A stretch of DNA of 64,000 nucleotides from assembly GCA_030141605.1 (NCBI GenBank), contig JAQGDQ010000103.1, positions 124,001 to 188,000 on the forward strand, read 5' to 3'. The DNA is from Tubiluchus corallicola. Taxonomy: Eukaryota > Animalia > Priapulida. Positions 22,264 through 35,590 of this stretch are shown piece by piece (position 1 is the stretch's first letter; each line of letters opens with the position of its first letter). A model generated the notes under the pieces. That model had not been told where the DNA came from, ran no database searches, and was given only the letters and a program-made list of their open reading frames with translations. The position numbers and the translations under genes are program-made.

Positions 22264-22522
22264 TTGGTTAAAGTTTTTACATTTCCCCACACACAAGAAA
22301 TTAGTTCGTAAAGCTGATTAGAATTAAGGTTAGGATTAGGATAGGTTGCTTTTAGGTTGGGATTAGGGTTAGGGTTAGAGTTAGGGATAGCTTTAGGATC
22401 GGGTTAGTGTTAGGATTAGGGTTAGGGTTAGGGATAAGTTTCGGGTAGAGTTAAGGTTAGGATTAGGGTTAGGGATTGGGTCAGGGTTAGGGCATTTAAA
22501 TTTTGTGGTGATTTGTAAACCT
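22264..22522 (+). mobile_element. Family D TTAGGG-core element just 3' of the PLCXD stop
   Basis: TAAAGTTTTTACATTTCCCCACACACAAGAAATTAG, an expanded TTAGGG/TTAGGA core, then TTGTAAACC. Confidence 0.8.
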
Positions 22523-25189
22523 TTTTATCAGGTGGTAAGACTGGTGAAAAAGTGTGCTGATCAAGGTAAACCAAGTCTTGTGTGATCAGTATCACTTGTC
22601 ACTCCATTACACGAATAACACCATCACAGTTATACTGGTTGTAACATTGGTAGAGAGGGTTAGCTCTCTGACTGCAACCACGAGCTGTCACTCAGTTCTC
22701 TATTCGCTTCGCAAAGTGTTGAGAGTAACTAGCTAAGGTCTTCACACTAGACAGTAGCTCGTAGGAAATCAACTCCTTGCAACTATTGGAGAGTTTGTAA
22801 TAACTTGCTGTCAACAACTCTCAAAGCAGTTCATACTTTTAGAGAGAAAACTTGTAACAGAAATCTGAGTGCGCTGTTAATGCATGGACTTTCTTTAAAT
22901 GTTTTCAAAATTCGAATATAATCCGACATTGACTATTCAACATTTTGTTGAAATAACCTTTTAAAAAGACTTTTAATAATAAAATTATTAAAACGAATTT
23001 TTTGTTAGCATCCACTGACATATTCAGCTGATAGAATGGCCGTTCTAAACAAGTTTAGTTTTTTCTAATTAGATATTTTTCATTATTGCGAGGACATCTA
23101 TGAATTGTTATAACGTTGCAAAATCAAATTATAAGTATAGCCCTCAATTTTACAGTTCAGATTACGTTTGAGTCTGTTAATATGAATCAACTTTCTTTTT
23201 TAATAAATCCCGTTTAGATCTTGCTTTCCCAGTAACTGGGAATACGTACTCAGTTATACTCAGATTACAAAGATTTCAGTGGGCGATGTGGAGCTGACTT
23301 CTAGCGTTTTTGTTTTCACGAATATGGTAAAGTAGCTACCTCGCTGACAGCCCAACACACATACTGCCGCCGTACCTGCTGCAGTTAAAACAATAAACTG
23401 TCTATATGTTACAACAAGCACAAGCTATCGACGCGAAATATACCACAGATACTAATCTTGATAGTATTCTGGGATAATGATTTAGGATACGCGTCACAGT
23501 ACTGCATCTGGCAAAACACCTACAGATGAACAGAATGAACATATGTTTGGCATATGAAGCAGTAGTAGAAGTAGTAGTAGCTAGCAGCAGAAGCAGCAAC
23601 AGCAGTAGTAGTAGTTTAGTGAGTATAAAATTAATACTTACGACCTTTGGCAGGGATAGCAGAATGAAACATTTCATACTCCAAAATTTTCTACTTTTCA
23701 GGAAACAGCAGCATTATCCAAAGGTAAAAAGATCACAATAACAAATTTTCATTCAGTGTCAGTAAAAAGACATGATACTGACTGAGCTGAGCTTACAGAA
23801 TTTTACAAAATTATGGTACTTGCAAAAATTAGTGTGTTTTCTTATTTATAAGCTTTCAAAATATTAAAACAGATCTCAAATACAAAATTTCTATTTATAA
23901 ATCAGAAACGTGTTATTAAAATTAGTGGGATATTTAAAAGCACTTGAATTGTACCTATATTTCTAGTTGTTGTCGAAATTTACGTTCTTCTGTTTCCGAA
24001 GAAGGAAACAGAAATGCCAAGCTCACTGAGTTTCACTCTATCAACAAACTCTTTTTATTTAAACACTATCTCAATTTTTGTGCACGAGAGTGAGAGAGAT
24101 GAGTGATCAGGATAAATCGCTTTAAAAACCTCGAAAGCGGTTCGTTTCATCGTTTCTCCCCCTTTTATTATTTCTAATGACGATTTGCACATAGGTGACA
24201 GATAGGTGAAAGAAAAATTTTTTGTTAACATTCGACCTAAAAGATGATTATTTTTGTAAATAACATTTGCATTAATAAAAACGTCAGCTGGTCAGTCATC
24301 TTTTATTATCAAAACTTAAAAATACCACGAAATGACAAATGTTTACAAGAGAAATTTGCAGTTTTCTCATAAAAATATAAAAATTTATGAAGGGAGATTT
24401 TTATATTTTTGTGAGAAAACCACAAGTTTGCTTCTCGCATTTGCTCTAAAAAGTCATTGAAGCATTGGTTATTGCTTCGTGAAAATTAAGCACGTCGTCA
24501 CTTCCTACTGACCATTATTTCATTTGTCAATCGAGATGGAAACTTTTAACTAAGATATAAAAAAAATTGCCAGTATTGACAAGAAACATTAGACGGAAAT
24601 AGAAATGCGTCTAGATCATAGTTAATTTTATCCATGGTTTAAAACGTACAATATCTACCTATAATAATTTTTAAAGTGTTTCTTAATTTATGTATGCAAT
24701 TTAATTCAAATTTTTATTCCGGTAACTAAGACCATATAAAATACAAATACAGTAAAAATGAAATAAAATACAATGCATTAAAAAATGCAAGATTAATAAA
24801 TGTAAATGCAAATCAAGAGCTAAATAAATTTTTGAAACTAATTATGTAATATTTGATTTCCTTTCACAAAAAAGCACGAGCTGATAAATCTATGTGAGTT
24901 AACAATGGCCGTTATAATACCACTGGCAGTGTGCAGTAGTAACTTATTTCGCAGTAACCGCTATGCAATGATATGAAAAATAACCCAGCCAATGTGTCAT
25001 TAGCCCTCTATCTCACATTTTGAACTGTGAAAGACTTTCATGGTGTTTAACATACTTTACAAAAATTTGATCTATTATCAATTTATTTTTTTGCCAGCTT
25101 GGTGGCCTTTGAGTCTTGGTGACTTAAGCACTGCTTAGTCTGCTTATGTTAATCCGGCCCAGAAATTTAGGGTCGAGCAAAATTATAGG

Positions 25190-25561
25190 AATAAGCCTTT
25201 TCACAGTTCCAGCGATTGATGATGATCGTGAAAAGGTAAAAGGTTAAGTGTACCAGACAACGGATTTGTGTACACTTGACAACGTCTGGCAACCTATGCC
25301 GTTGTAATAGTAGCAGTCTTAACAGCTAAATAGAACCTTACCTAGTTCATTTTTTCTTGTTCCCAAGCAAGGTCCTGCTAGTAATTGACTCTACCCACAG
25401 ACATAAAGTCCACGTAAAACAATTGAAGTTACTGAACTGAAGCGGAAGACGCCTTTGTTTCACCCACATGACACCGTAGTTAAGACGAATTGCTGTGTTT
25501 ACTTAACTTTTGACCTAAAGCAATTGCGCCGTGCCACAACGAAATTGTGAAAGGGCTTATT
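25190..25561 (-). mobile_element. MITE family A copy
   Basis: TIRs and shared core. Confidence 0.85.
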
Positions 25562-25979
25562 GTTAGCAGGCCTTTCAAAATCATGTCTATTTTGGGGCAT
25601 TGCGTAGGTTATGTGTGAGCTTAACACATGTCATCATTACTGAAGTTATTTTATTACAAAACGGGAAAAAGATATTCAGATACTGGTATCACGTGACGTC
25701 GTTAACGTTTTATGTACTTTTGCTGTGGAAAAGCCGACAGACTTATTGATCAGCAAGACTAATTGGCTCGGATTCCCTTGGAAAAGATTTAGAAACTTTG
25801 AGTCGAGGACTTAAAGCGGTAGCATCAAACACAAAGTCTTGAATTTGCAAACTTGAGCAGTTTCTTAACAAATGTTTTCAAGTAGCTTCGTGCATCTGTT
25901 GCACATTAAAAGAAAACAGTACCCAACTTTAAACTATAGCTCGAAAGCTATAGTTTAACTATAACAAATCTAATCCTTT

Positions 25980-26440
25980 ACTTATTTATTTATTATATAA
26001 AGTTTGTTTCAGCGCATAAAATGCCATATAAAAGTTAAAAATTTACACTAAAAACTAAGAAATATTACACGTCATGCAACTATTAAAAGAGCTACAAAAA
26101 TTCACAAAAAATGAATAAATATATATACACAAAAATGAAAAATACAAAGGCGTATCATAAGCATAACATGTGAAGAGCAATGTTGTAAATGGCGCGGATC
26201 TCGGTTAAAATGCATACTTTGAAATTAACCCATAACTTATTATAGTATATGTTGTTACAGAACGAACGAAATAGCATAATTTCACATTTTTTGAACAAGA
26301 ATTAAAATTAGATCTAGCGATTAGTAAACGATTCTGATTATTTATGTCTAAATCATCAGAAAGATCATTAGAAGTACACGACCAAGATACTTGTTGTTAT
26401 TTTTGATACAGATTTCAACACGGATGTCAATACAATACAG
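25980..26440 (-). mobile_element. Degenerate LINE 3' fragment
   Basis: Minus strand reads SNDLSDDLDINNQNRLLIARSN..SCSKNVK...FRSFCNNIY, similar to the 61138-61539 ORF. AT-rich tail. Confidence 0.6.
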
Positions 26441-28495
26441 ATGTCAAGAGTTACGTAGCCATTTGACGGTTCACCGTAACAGCTCATGCGTGAACACAGC
26501 GGTAAACTAGAAATTTGAATTTTAGAATTAAAATATGTCGAGTTTTTGTATATATCATACTGACTGTTGTACAGTAGCATTGTACTTCAATTTTCTCTTT
26601 CCCAAACACGTACAACTCGCTCGTTGAATGTTTGTGCTGTTGTGTTCATTGGGCTCGCCCGTTGTTAATTGAGTTTCAGAAACGCGTTGGCTAAAATGTA
26701 TACTTTTATCGTACTTCAACATGGGATAGGACATGTTATGATAAATGTTATGTTATGATATGTTTTAAATTTTGCTTTAAATTTTTCACTCTATCCAACT
26801 TAATGTTGTACATTTTCATACAAGTTTTCACCGCTTTTGGTTTTTTACATGCTTGAGCACGTTTTGCACGCAATTTAAAAAGTTTTATGCAAAACTGTAT
26901 AATTGCACCTGGTATTAGACGTTTGACGAAGGTTTTTGGTGTAATTTCATTTCATATGATTGTGCACGCCTTCAAATGTTCTTCAGACGTTTTTACGGAA
27001 ATTTATATTATAGCTTTTTACGTTTTCTTACCGTTTGCGTGTCTCCAAGCATTCTTACCAAGACGTTCAGACTAGCGTGAGGTTTCTTGCCAAGTAAATT
27101 TGCCAAGCAAACTCGCCAAGAAACTCGCAAGCATGTTCAGACTAGAGAGCAAAACTTACTGCGAGTTACTTTCAGATAGTAAGCGCGGGCTGACACTTAC
27201 TTTTCTATTTACTGTGAGTAGTTTAGATTCTTTTATTTAGCTGACTTGTACAAACATACACATTATATACATTGTTAAATTATATACACACATTTCAAAA
27301 CTGCAATAACAAGAATTGCTGTCACCCGTAAAATGTCGAGAGTAGCTCACCAATGCGTTCACGCTAGACAGTAAATCGACTAGCAGCGAATGTCGAGAGT
27401 TTGTAATTTCTTGCCGACAGTAACTCGCAAAGCAGTTCACACTTACGAGTTTGCTGTCAGAGAGAAAACTCGCGGCAGAAAATCGCTAGTCTGAACGCGC
27501 CAGTGGTCGTTTTTGCTAGTTTTTATAACTATTTTCAGATATATTTATTACAGGTCCTTCAGACGTTTTCAGAAGAATTAAGTTTTTAAAAGAAAACCGA
27601 ACGATTGATTAGACTCACCCTCATTTTAATTTAGTGTCCAAAATTTACATTTTCTTGTATATAAAAGTTAGCAATTGTTTCTAAGATTTGAATAATTACC
27701 TTTGAAAGTTAATTAGCGGCAACCGAACACAGCTAACGCTTACGCCACAAACTAACCATAGTTGGCGCAATGGTAGGCATCTTTCCTGCGCGTCAAGCAC
27801 GTTTGCGTAAGCGAACACTGCTATAAGACTCGATGAGATATCACGAAAATGGGTTCTACGTCACACTGATGTCACACTGACGAACACTACAGTTGACGAT
27901 TATGCTTATTACGGTACCGCGCCTATTTGCCGGCCAGACGAATGCGACAAAAGGCGCCATTGCCAGTCTTAGTGGATTCGCTGTTCCGCGCGTAGCTTTT
28001 AAAGTTTAACAAAACATACTATCCGAGTTAATAATTATTTAACTTAAGTTTTGATTTTAAAAATCTGTTGTACTTTTCAATACTTTATTTTGAACACACA
28101 GGTTTTCGTACTTGACTAAAACTGATTAAATTGCCAGTCGAAAGTAAAACTAATTAGCCAAAGTTGGTTGTCAAAACTGGCGTAGTTAGTTGCGCAGCAA
28201 AGCTTCAAAACGTTGGCGATATTGACTTGCGCTAAATGAAGATTGATAAGGGCTAAAAACTGTGAGTTTATTATTGCGTTAAGTGATTGATGGTTATTCA
28301 AATGAGCTGTTTCAACTGGCCGCTAACTCACAACTCACTGTGTAATTTCATTATCCAGGGCTACAAAGACAGAGTGTGGACGGAATTTATCAGTTCAAAA
28401 AATTAATTTTTCTTTGGTGTCACCGTGTCACCCATTGGTTTTCAGCTACAGCATGTAAACTGCTGTATTTTTTAACACTGAAAAGAGTAGTATAA

Positions 28496-28496
<1 letters not shown>

Positions 28497-28574
<78 letters not shown>

Positions 28575-28592
28575 CTCTCTCTGTCTCTCTCT
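28497..28592. repeat. (CT)n microsatellite
   Basis: Direct reading. Confidence 0.95.
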
Positions 28593-28639
28593 TTATTTTT
28601 GTCTCTTTCTCTCCCTCTTACTCTCTTTATTTGTCTCTC

Positions 28640-29105
28640 TTGTCTTTTGTCTTACTGGTACAGCAATCTAGTACTAAGGGTAAAGTGGGAACGGTCCCAT
28701 TTTGAAAGTTTCATAGTTAAAAAAGGTTTAAAGCAAGGTGGTATTCTGTCCCCTGTTTGTTTACCATCTATATCTACGAATTACCGGTAAAGCTGCAGAA
28801 ATTGAAAGGTTGTCGTATTGCAGATTGTTTACTCAGTCATATTATTTATGCAGATGATATTGTTAGCTCCCTCTATACCTGTATTGCAAGAACTCTTACG
28901 AATCATACAATCTTGTTATTTTAAGATGTGGAACAACAGTTTGTTTGTAAATAATAATCGTCGAACGTGATATATGTCGAACGTCGAAAGTGTATAATAT
29001 ATAGTAGTATTTTTTGTTTAACTTTTATTTTGTTATTTTATTGTAGTGTTGTTAATGTAATGTTATTTATGTTTTTTGTATAGCTTTTATGCTGAATTAA
29101 ACTAA
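28640..29105 (+). mobile_element. Heavily deleted LINE (RT core and 3' end) running into a (TCTAA)n tail
   Basis: WYSNLVLRVKW...GLKQGGILSP and HIIYADDIV motifs. The 3' end ATGCTGAATTAAA abuts the pentanucleotide array. Confidence 0.8.
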
Positions 29106-29477
29106 TCCGATCTAATCTAATCTAATCTAATCTAATCTAATCTAATCTAATCTAATCTAATCTAATCTAATCTAATCTAATCTAATCTAATCTAATCTAA
29201 TCTAATCTAATCTAATCTAATCTAATCTAATCTAATCTAATCTAATCTAATCTAATCTAATCTAATCTAATCTAATCTAATCTAATCTAATCTAATCTAA
29301 TCCAATCCAATCCAATCCAATCCAATCCAATCCAATCCAATCCAATCCAATCCAATCCAATCCAATCCAATCCAATCCAATCCAATCCAATCCAATCCAA
29401 TCCAATCCAATCCAATCCAATCCAATCCAATCCAACCCAACCCAATCCAATCCAATCCAATCTAATCTCCCTCTCCC

Positions 29478-29571
<94 letters not shown>
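29102..29571. repeat. (TCTAA)n switching to (TCCAA)n at 29301, then (CT)n
   Basis: Direct reading. Confidence 0.97.
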
Positions 29572-29572
<1 letters not shown>

Positions 29573-29936
29573 GCCTCTTGTTGTTTTCTTCTCTTTTAAT
29601 TTGCCTTAGCGACCCTAATTAAATTCATTTTTAAGTTTTAAATTTTAAACATTTTCACAATTTTGCATATTTACAGAGTTCATGGCAAAATTATGATATT
29701 ATTCATAACCTCGTGCTATTTCCTCCAATAAAATCGGAATCTTAAGCCTAAATTTTAAAATCCACTCATCATACTCAACAGTTTGTAACAATATTAATAT
29801 AACGTCCTTTTATCGTTGTGTTTTTAAAACGCATTTATGAACTACACCTGTTAACTTACATAGAAATCACATGGCTTTCACATATTACTGGGTTTTTCAG
29901 TAGGCCAAGCTCTTAAATGTCCATATCTTATTCTTA

Positions 29937-30240
29937 CCAGACGTTCATACTGGTGGGTTTTCTTCGCAGGTTTTCTCTCTGACAGCAAACTCGCAAGTGT
30001 GCACTGCTTTGCAAGTTACTGTCGGCAAGAAGTTCCAAACTTTTTGACAGTTGCTGTGAGCTGATTTACTGTCTCAGTAGTGTGAAAGCTCGGCGAGTTA
30101 CTCACGACACTAGTCGTGAGTGTCAGGTCGCGTTTACAGCTGGAGCAAGCAACAAGCAACAACTTGCAGCAAGTTTTGTCTCTAGTCTGAACGTGCTTTA
30201 GAGTTACTTGGCGAGAAAACTCGCTAGTCAGAGCAAGCCG
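29937..30240. mobile_element. Family E Harbinger-like MITE (TIR about GGCGCGTTCAGACTAG, TTA/TAA TSD). Relatives at 27058-27503, about 700-885, 22660-22878, 33876-33970 and 38930-38975
   Basis: TTA at 29934-29936 and 30241-30243. Repeated CTCGC.AG / CTTGCGAG internal motifs and CTAGTCTGAACGCGCC ends. Confidence 0.7.
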
Positions 30241-30426
30241 TTACTTGTTTCAGCAGCGGAATAGAGCTATTATTTGGATAAAAACACTGGATTATTTATT
30301 CATTTGTAATGAAGAAATCTGATTACTTAGTCATATATTTGTTTAAAATGCTGTTCAGCTTCGTAGGGCCATCTATAGGCAAGAAAAGTTAATTATGCGT
30401 AGGACCTTACCATTTAAGTGATTGTC

Positions 30427-30453
30427 AGAGAGAGCGAGAGAGAAAGACAGAGC

Positions 30454-30550
<97 letters not shown>
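30427..30550. repeat. (GA)n microsatellite
   Basis: Direct reading. Confidence 0.95.
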
Positions 30551-30551
<1 letters not shown>

Positions 30552-31175
30552 AGTGTGCAGACATTTGTTTTGCATGAAATAATTTCATTTTCCCACAACA
30601 TGTTTTAAGATCGAAAGAAAGTCTTTCTAAAACATAATGAATACAAAATTTCCATTTTAGAACAACATACTTATATCTGTTACCTATGTTCTCGCGACAG
30701 CGTAATGCTCGGTAGTTAAACGAACTAAAACGGAAATGTGAAGCAATCTTTGATCGCATAAATAAAACTTATTCATTACCATTCGCAAATTTTAAACAGT
30801 TTCTCTGAAATATTTACTGCAAAATGGCCGTTCGGTAAGTGTTCACATAGTAAATGTAGAAGCAAAACGCAATAGCATAAGCAGCAAAAAGCTCGAACAA
30901 AATGCTAAATTATGGATATGCGGATCGTGAAAAGCCATTCAATTTGCTTTTATAATAACAGTAAAAGTAAATTCTCGCATTAACTTGATGTATACGTGTT
31001 TGTGAAGAAAATATAGGCGGAATTGAGGCATTAGATGCAGTTCTGCTTGTAACGCCATGTTGTTGGCTTGAGTTAAGACGCTGAAATAAGGGATTTTCAT
31101 GGCTCTGTATACAAAGCAATCCACAACAGCTGCTGCGGCCAGTGCTTCAGAGTTAACGAACGGGGGAGAAATTAA

Positions 31176-31725
31176 AGGAAAACCGGACCCAATCTTAAGC
31201 TGCAGGTCAAAACAATCTACTCTTTAAAATATCGAAAGGAAACATACTATTTTTTAAAGAATGACTTACGTGAAAGAACTGTTACCACACAAAAGTAATT
31301 TCGTGTTCCCGCGGCTAGTTCTTCGCTGTTACATGCATTTCGCCTCTCGTTACTTAGACCGGCACTAGCGCCTGCATTTCTGAAACGCGCTGCATGAAAA
31401 CAGGTGCTGTACCTCTCACTTCAGAGGTGTTCGTTTCTGATGTAGTGCTCACGTTCGAAAGCGCATGCGTGGCACAACGGTAAATTTGAAATTTAAATTT
31501 TTATCTTAAAATTTGCCGACTTTTTGTATATCACTGAATGTGTACAGTAGCGTTGTACTTCAATGTTCGCATTCGCAAACACGTGCAACACGCTCATGGA
31601 CTGTTTATTCCATTGAAAATTGTGTGCGTTTGTGACGACATCACTAGCTGGGTTCCTTTAACCTGTTATTTAATTATCTTAAACACTATGGCATTATTAT
31701 AGGTGTTAAAGTGTATGCTTTTTAC
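31176..31725 (+). mobile_element. Family F TTAA-flanked element. Inverted copy at about 43080-43649, partial copies at 26450-26710 and 40030-40350
   Basis: TTAA|AGGAAAACCGGACC at 31172 and GGTCCGGTTTTCCT|TTAA at 43636-43653. Shared core AAA.TTGAAATTT.AATTTT...CTTAAAATTTGCCGA. Confidence 0.7.
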
Positions 31726-31847
31726 CGTACGGGGTAGGCTATGAAAAATCGTCCTGTTTCACCGGAAAGAGAAATTATTGAGATTAAAAAAATAATGTAA
31801 TGCCGACATAACATAGTTGATATTCTGATTGCGGAATGATTATTATC

Positions 31848-32446
<599 letters not shown>

Positions 32447-34241
32447 CAAAATTAGTTAAAAATTGTACAACTGAATCGAAAATGACAAAAATAATAAAAA
32501 TTCCAGACAAAAGATTCTCTTAAATTAACACTTTTCCAAAAGAACAGATTTCTTCACAAACTTCAAAACAAATAAATCCTTCTAAGATGACTGTCAATAC
32601 TGTCAACTTGGTCGTTGCTGAATAGCAGAAATCAGTGAAACCTGCACTTATCAACATTCCTTCTCCGCTGCTCACTTAATTGCTTAGCTGTTATCCATCG
32701 ACGGTAGAAGCAGTAAAAACACTTGAACGCCGGAAATCAACAATCCTTCACATAATTAAGATGATTCAAGCGAGAAGCTGCGAAACGCTTACAAGTTGGC
32801 ACGTTCAAAACCGGCTTCATTGATTGCTGTTTTCAAAAGGCAGACTAAGTATTTGTTTTTCTTTTTCATTGTTATTATTTTACAGGTTTTATAAACGAAC
32901 GTTGTTTATGTAAAATGCAATATTTGTTATGGCGAAGTTAGTGCACGCATTCTGTGCTGTGCCGTTTCATGTGACTCGATTGGGTGAGTTTTAATGATCC
33001 ATTGTTTTAAAGGCGCAAAATGGGAATTTTAAAGTATGTCCCGATAAACTTTCCGGACATTACTTAGATTAGATTACTTATCATTACGCTTACCTGCTTG
33101 ACAGACTAATGTAACTGGAAAAGAAAATTCTTAATAATTTAAATTATATGCGCCGATTGGTAAAATGTCACTGTTTCCCCATCCCAGTGTGCAAAACTTT
33201 TTCATCAAAAAAATACATTACTGATCTCAATAGCAACATAACGTAAATATTGCTTAGTTAGCTCAGTGTACAACAAACACACTGATTATTCTTTCAAACT
33301 TCGTTATCTAAACGTGTTATCTAAACTTGTTTCAAACGCTTTACCTTTCAAAATAGCTGCGCCTAATTGCCGAAGTTTTATACAGCGTTACTGTCGCAAG
33401 CTCTTTGTGCACTAAGACAGCATGTAAAAAGGTGATACAAAATTTCTGATCGCATTTTTCAAACTTTACTAATGAATGGTGTTTCCGTTTAAAGTCCAAC
33501 ATAAAAAGGCAGATAAAATGTAAAAACTACAATTATATCGAGATAACAGAAAGCTTAAGTGTGATCCTCAATGGTGACATTACTCTTAGCTTTATACCGA
33601 TATCAAATATCAGTAATTGAAGATGATGATTTTAGCAGTTACGAAAAGAACGAAACGGGAAAGCTTTCGGGAAATGATGTACCGACATCGCCTGGTAAAT
33701 GGGTGGTGTTTCTACTGGTAAATAGTGTGGTGTTTTGTACGACGCGCCAGGCAGGGCAACTGTAAGTACCATTTTTAAAGCCTTTGGTATTACCCGCCCT
33801 CTGTATTGAACTTGCGACCTCCCACGCGAAAAGCGGACGCGTTACCACTAAACCAACTGTCTGGTCGACACGTATGGCCCGTTCTGAGTTTTCTTTCTCG
33901 AGTTTGTTCTCTGACAGTAAGCTCGCAAGCGTGAACTGCTTTGTGCATTACTGTCAGCAAGAAATTCGCTAATCAACAACACTTCTAACACGTTTAGTAT
34001 CGTTTTTCATCTGACTCGCAACGTTTTCCCACAAAAAAGTTTCAATAGTTATAAATTTTTAGCAGCTGCCACGCGTGTTTGATAAAATACTGTGTAAACT
34101 CTTGTTATTTGTCTCTATTGAGTGACATGTTATAAAATTGAGTCTACACCCCCCCCCCGAGTTCACAAAAGACTACGTGTTGTGGCAACTCATTCAATAG
34201 GATTAAAATTTAATATTCTTAGGCCACCAAGAAACTCAAGC

Positions 34242-34624
34242 AATAAGCCTTTTCATAGTTTCACTGTGCGTACGCGCAGATGCTGTAGGTCAAAGATTAA
34301 GTGTACCACAGCAGCGCGTCTAAACTACAATCATCACGCGACATATGTGTAAAGCAAAGCCGTCTGCCGCATCAGCACAGTAACTTCAGTTGTTTTACGT
34401 GGACTTTACTTAACTCTGCATTAGTCTGTGCGTAGAGTGATTTGCCAGCAGGTTCTTGCCTGGGAACTAGGAAAAATGTACTAGGTAAGGTTCTAGCTAG
34501 CTGTTAAAACTGTAGCTTGGGCTGCGAGGCGTTGTCAAGTGTACACAAATGCGTTGTCTGGTACACTTCACCTTTGACATTTTCACAATTATCAGCAATC
34601 GCTGGAACTGTGAAAAAGCTTATT
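34242..34624 (+). mobile_element. MITE family A copy
   Basis: TIRs and shared core. Confidence 0.85.
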
Positions 34625-35224
34625 CCCTTGGACGGAAAAAGCTTTCAAAATAATTACTGATCATTTTTAACAGAGGTCTCCGCAATTCGGTGACTGTTGA
34701 AAGTCCGTAGCGCTTTCAGTGACGAATAGTCTGTCTGAAGGTTTCTTCTGAATACAGGAGCAAAATTAGCTAACCATTTGAACCCTCCAAGAAAGGAGGC
34801 GTGGATAACCTAACAGCGGGTACCCTAGACAGATTGCACGCTAAAATTGCGCCATCTAGTGACTGTTTCTTATGTATGATTACCTATAATCTGTTTCTGC
34901 AACAGTTTTATTGTCGCACAGCGGGTGATTATCTAAAAGCTACAGCCATTACCGTTAATGACATTTTCGCTTCCCTTCCTCAGTAAATTGTTCAGCAAAA
35001 ACGACGTGTTTTAGTTCAGCGGACACGTAAGCGAGTGTTCGTGTTCAACAGTGCGCTAAACGTGCACTCTTGCGAGCATTTCGTAACCACTTCTGCGCAG
35101 TAGTATAGTCTAATAACGCACTAACCACTCAACGAAGTAGTTCCGTAATCATATATGAGCTCATAGTTTATTCCAGCATTCGAGGCGTAAAAATTATAGT
35201 GTATTAAGTATATATTTTTACATT

Positions 35225-35590
35225 AAAACTGAGAATTGACTCTTTTACGTTAAACCTAGAAAAATCCCGGCTGAGAATCATATATGCACAAAAACTGTAC
35301 ATACTGCTTAAGAAATGAAATAAAAGACGAATTACTCTTTGTTATAAAATGCCCATATTACAATGATCTTAGAGGAAAATTATATAATCACATCAAAATA
35401 ATTATACCAGAATTTTTCCTTATGTTTGATCCTGATAAATGTTTATTCTTGATGGGAAGTAATGATTTAGAAGTAATTAGAAGGCATTTATTGATTATGT
35501 TGAAAAGGCATTTTTAAGACATGATGCACAATATACAATGTAATGATCATTTTGGGACTAATAAATATGAAATCAAATATGAAATATGTA
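35225..35590 (+). mobile_element. LINE 3' fragment (same family as 18980-19480)
   Basis: CTYCLRNEIKDELLFVIKCPYYNDLRGKL, then AATAAA and a short TATGAAA repeat tail. Confidence 0.8.

Noticed and set aside
22320-22492. True telomere or chromosome fusion site
   Set aside because: The repeats are degenerate, short, in one orientation, and embedded in a dispersed element with conserved ends.
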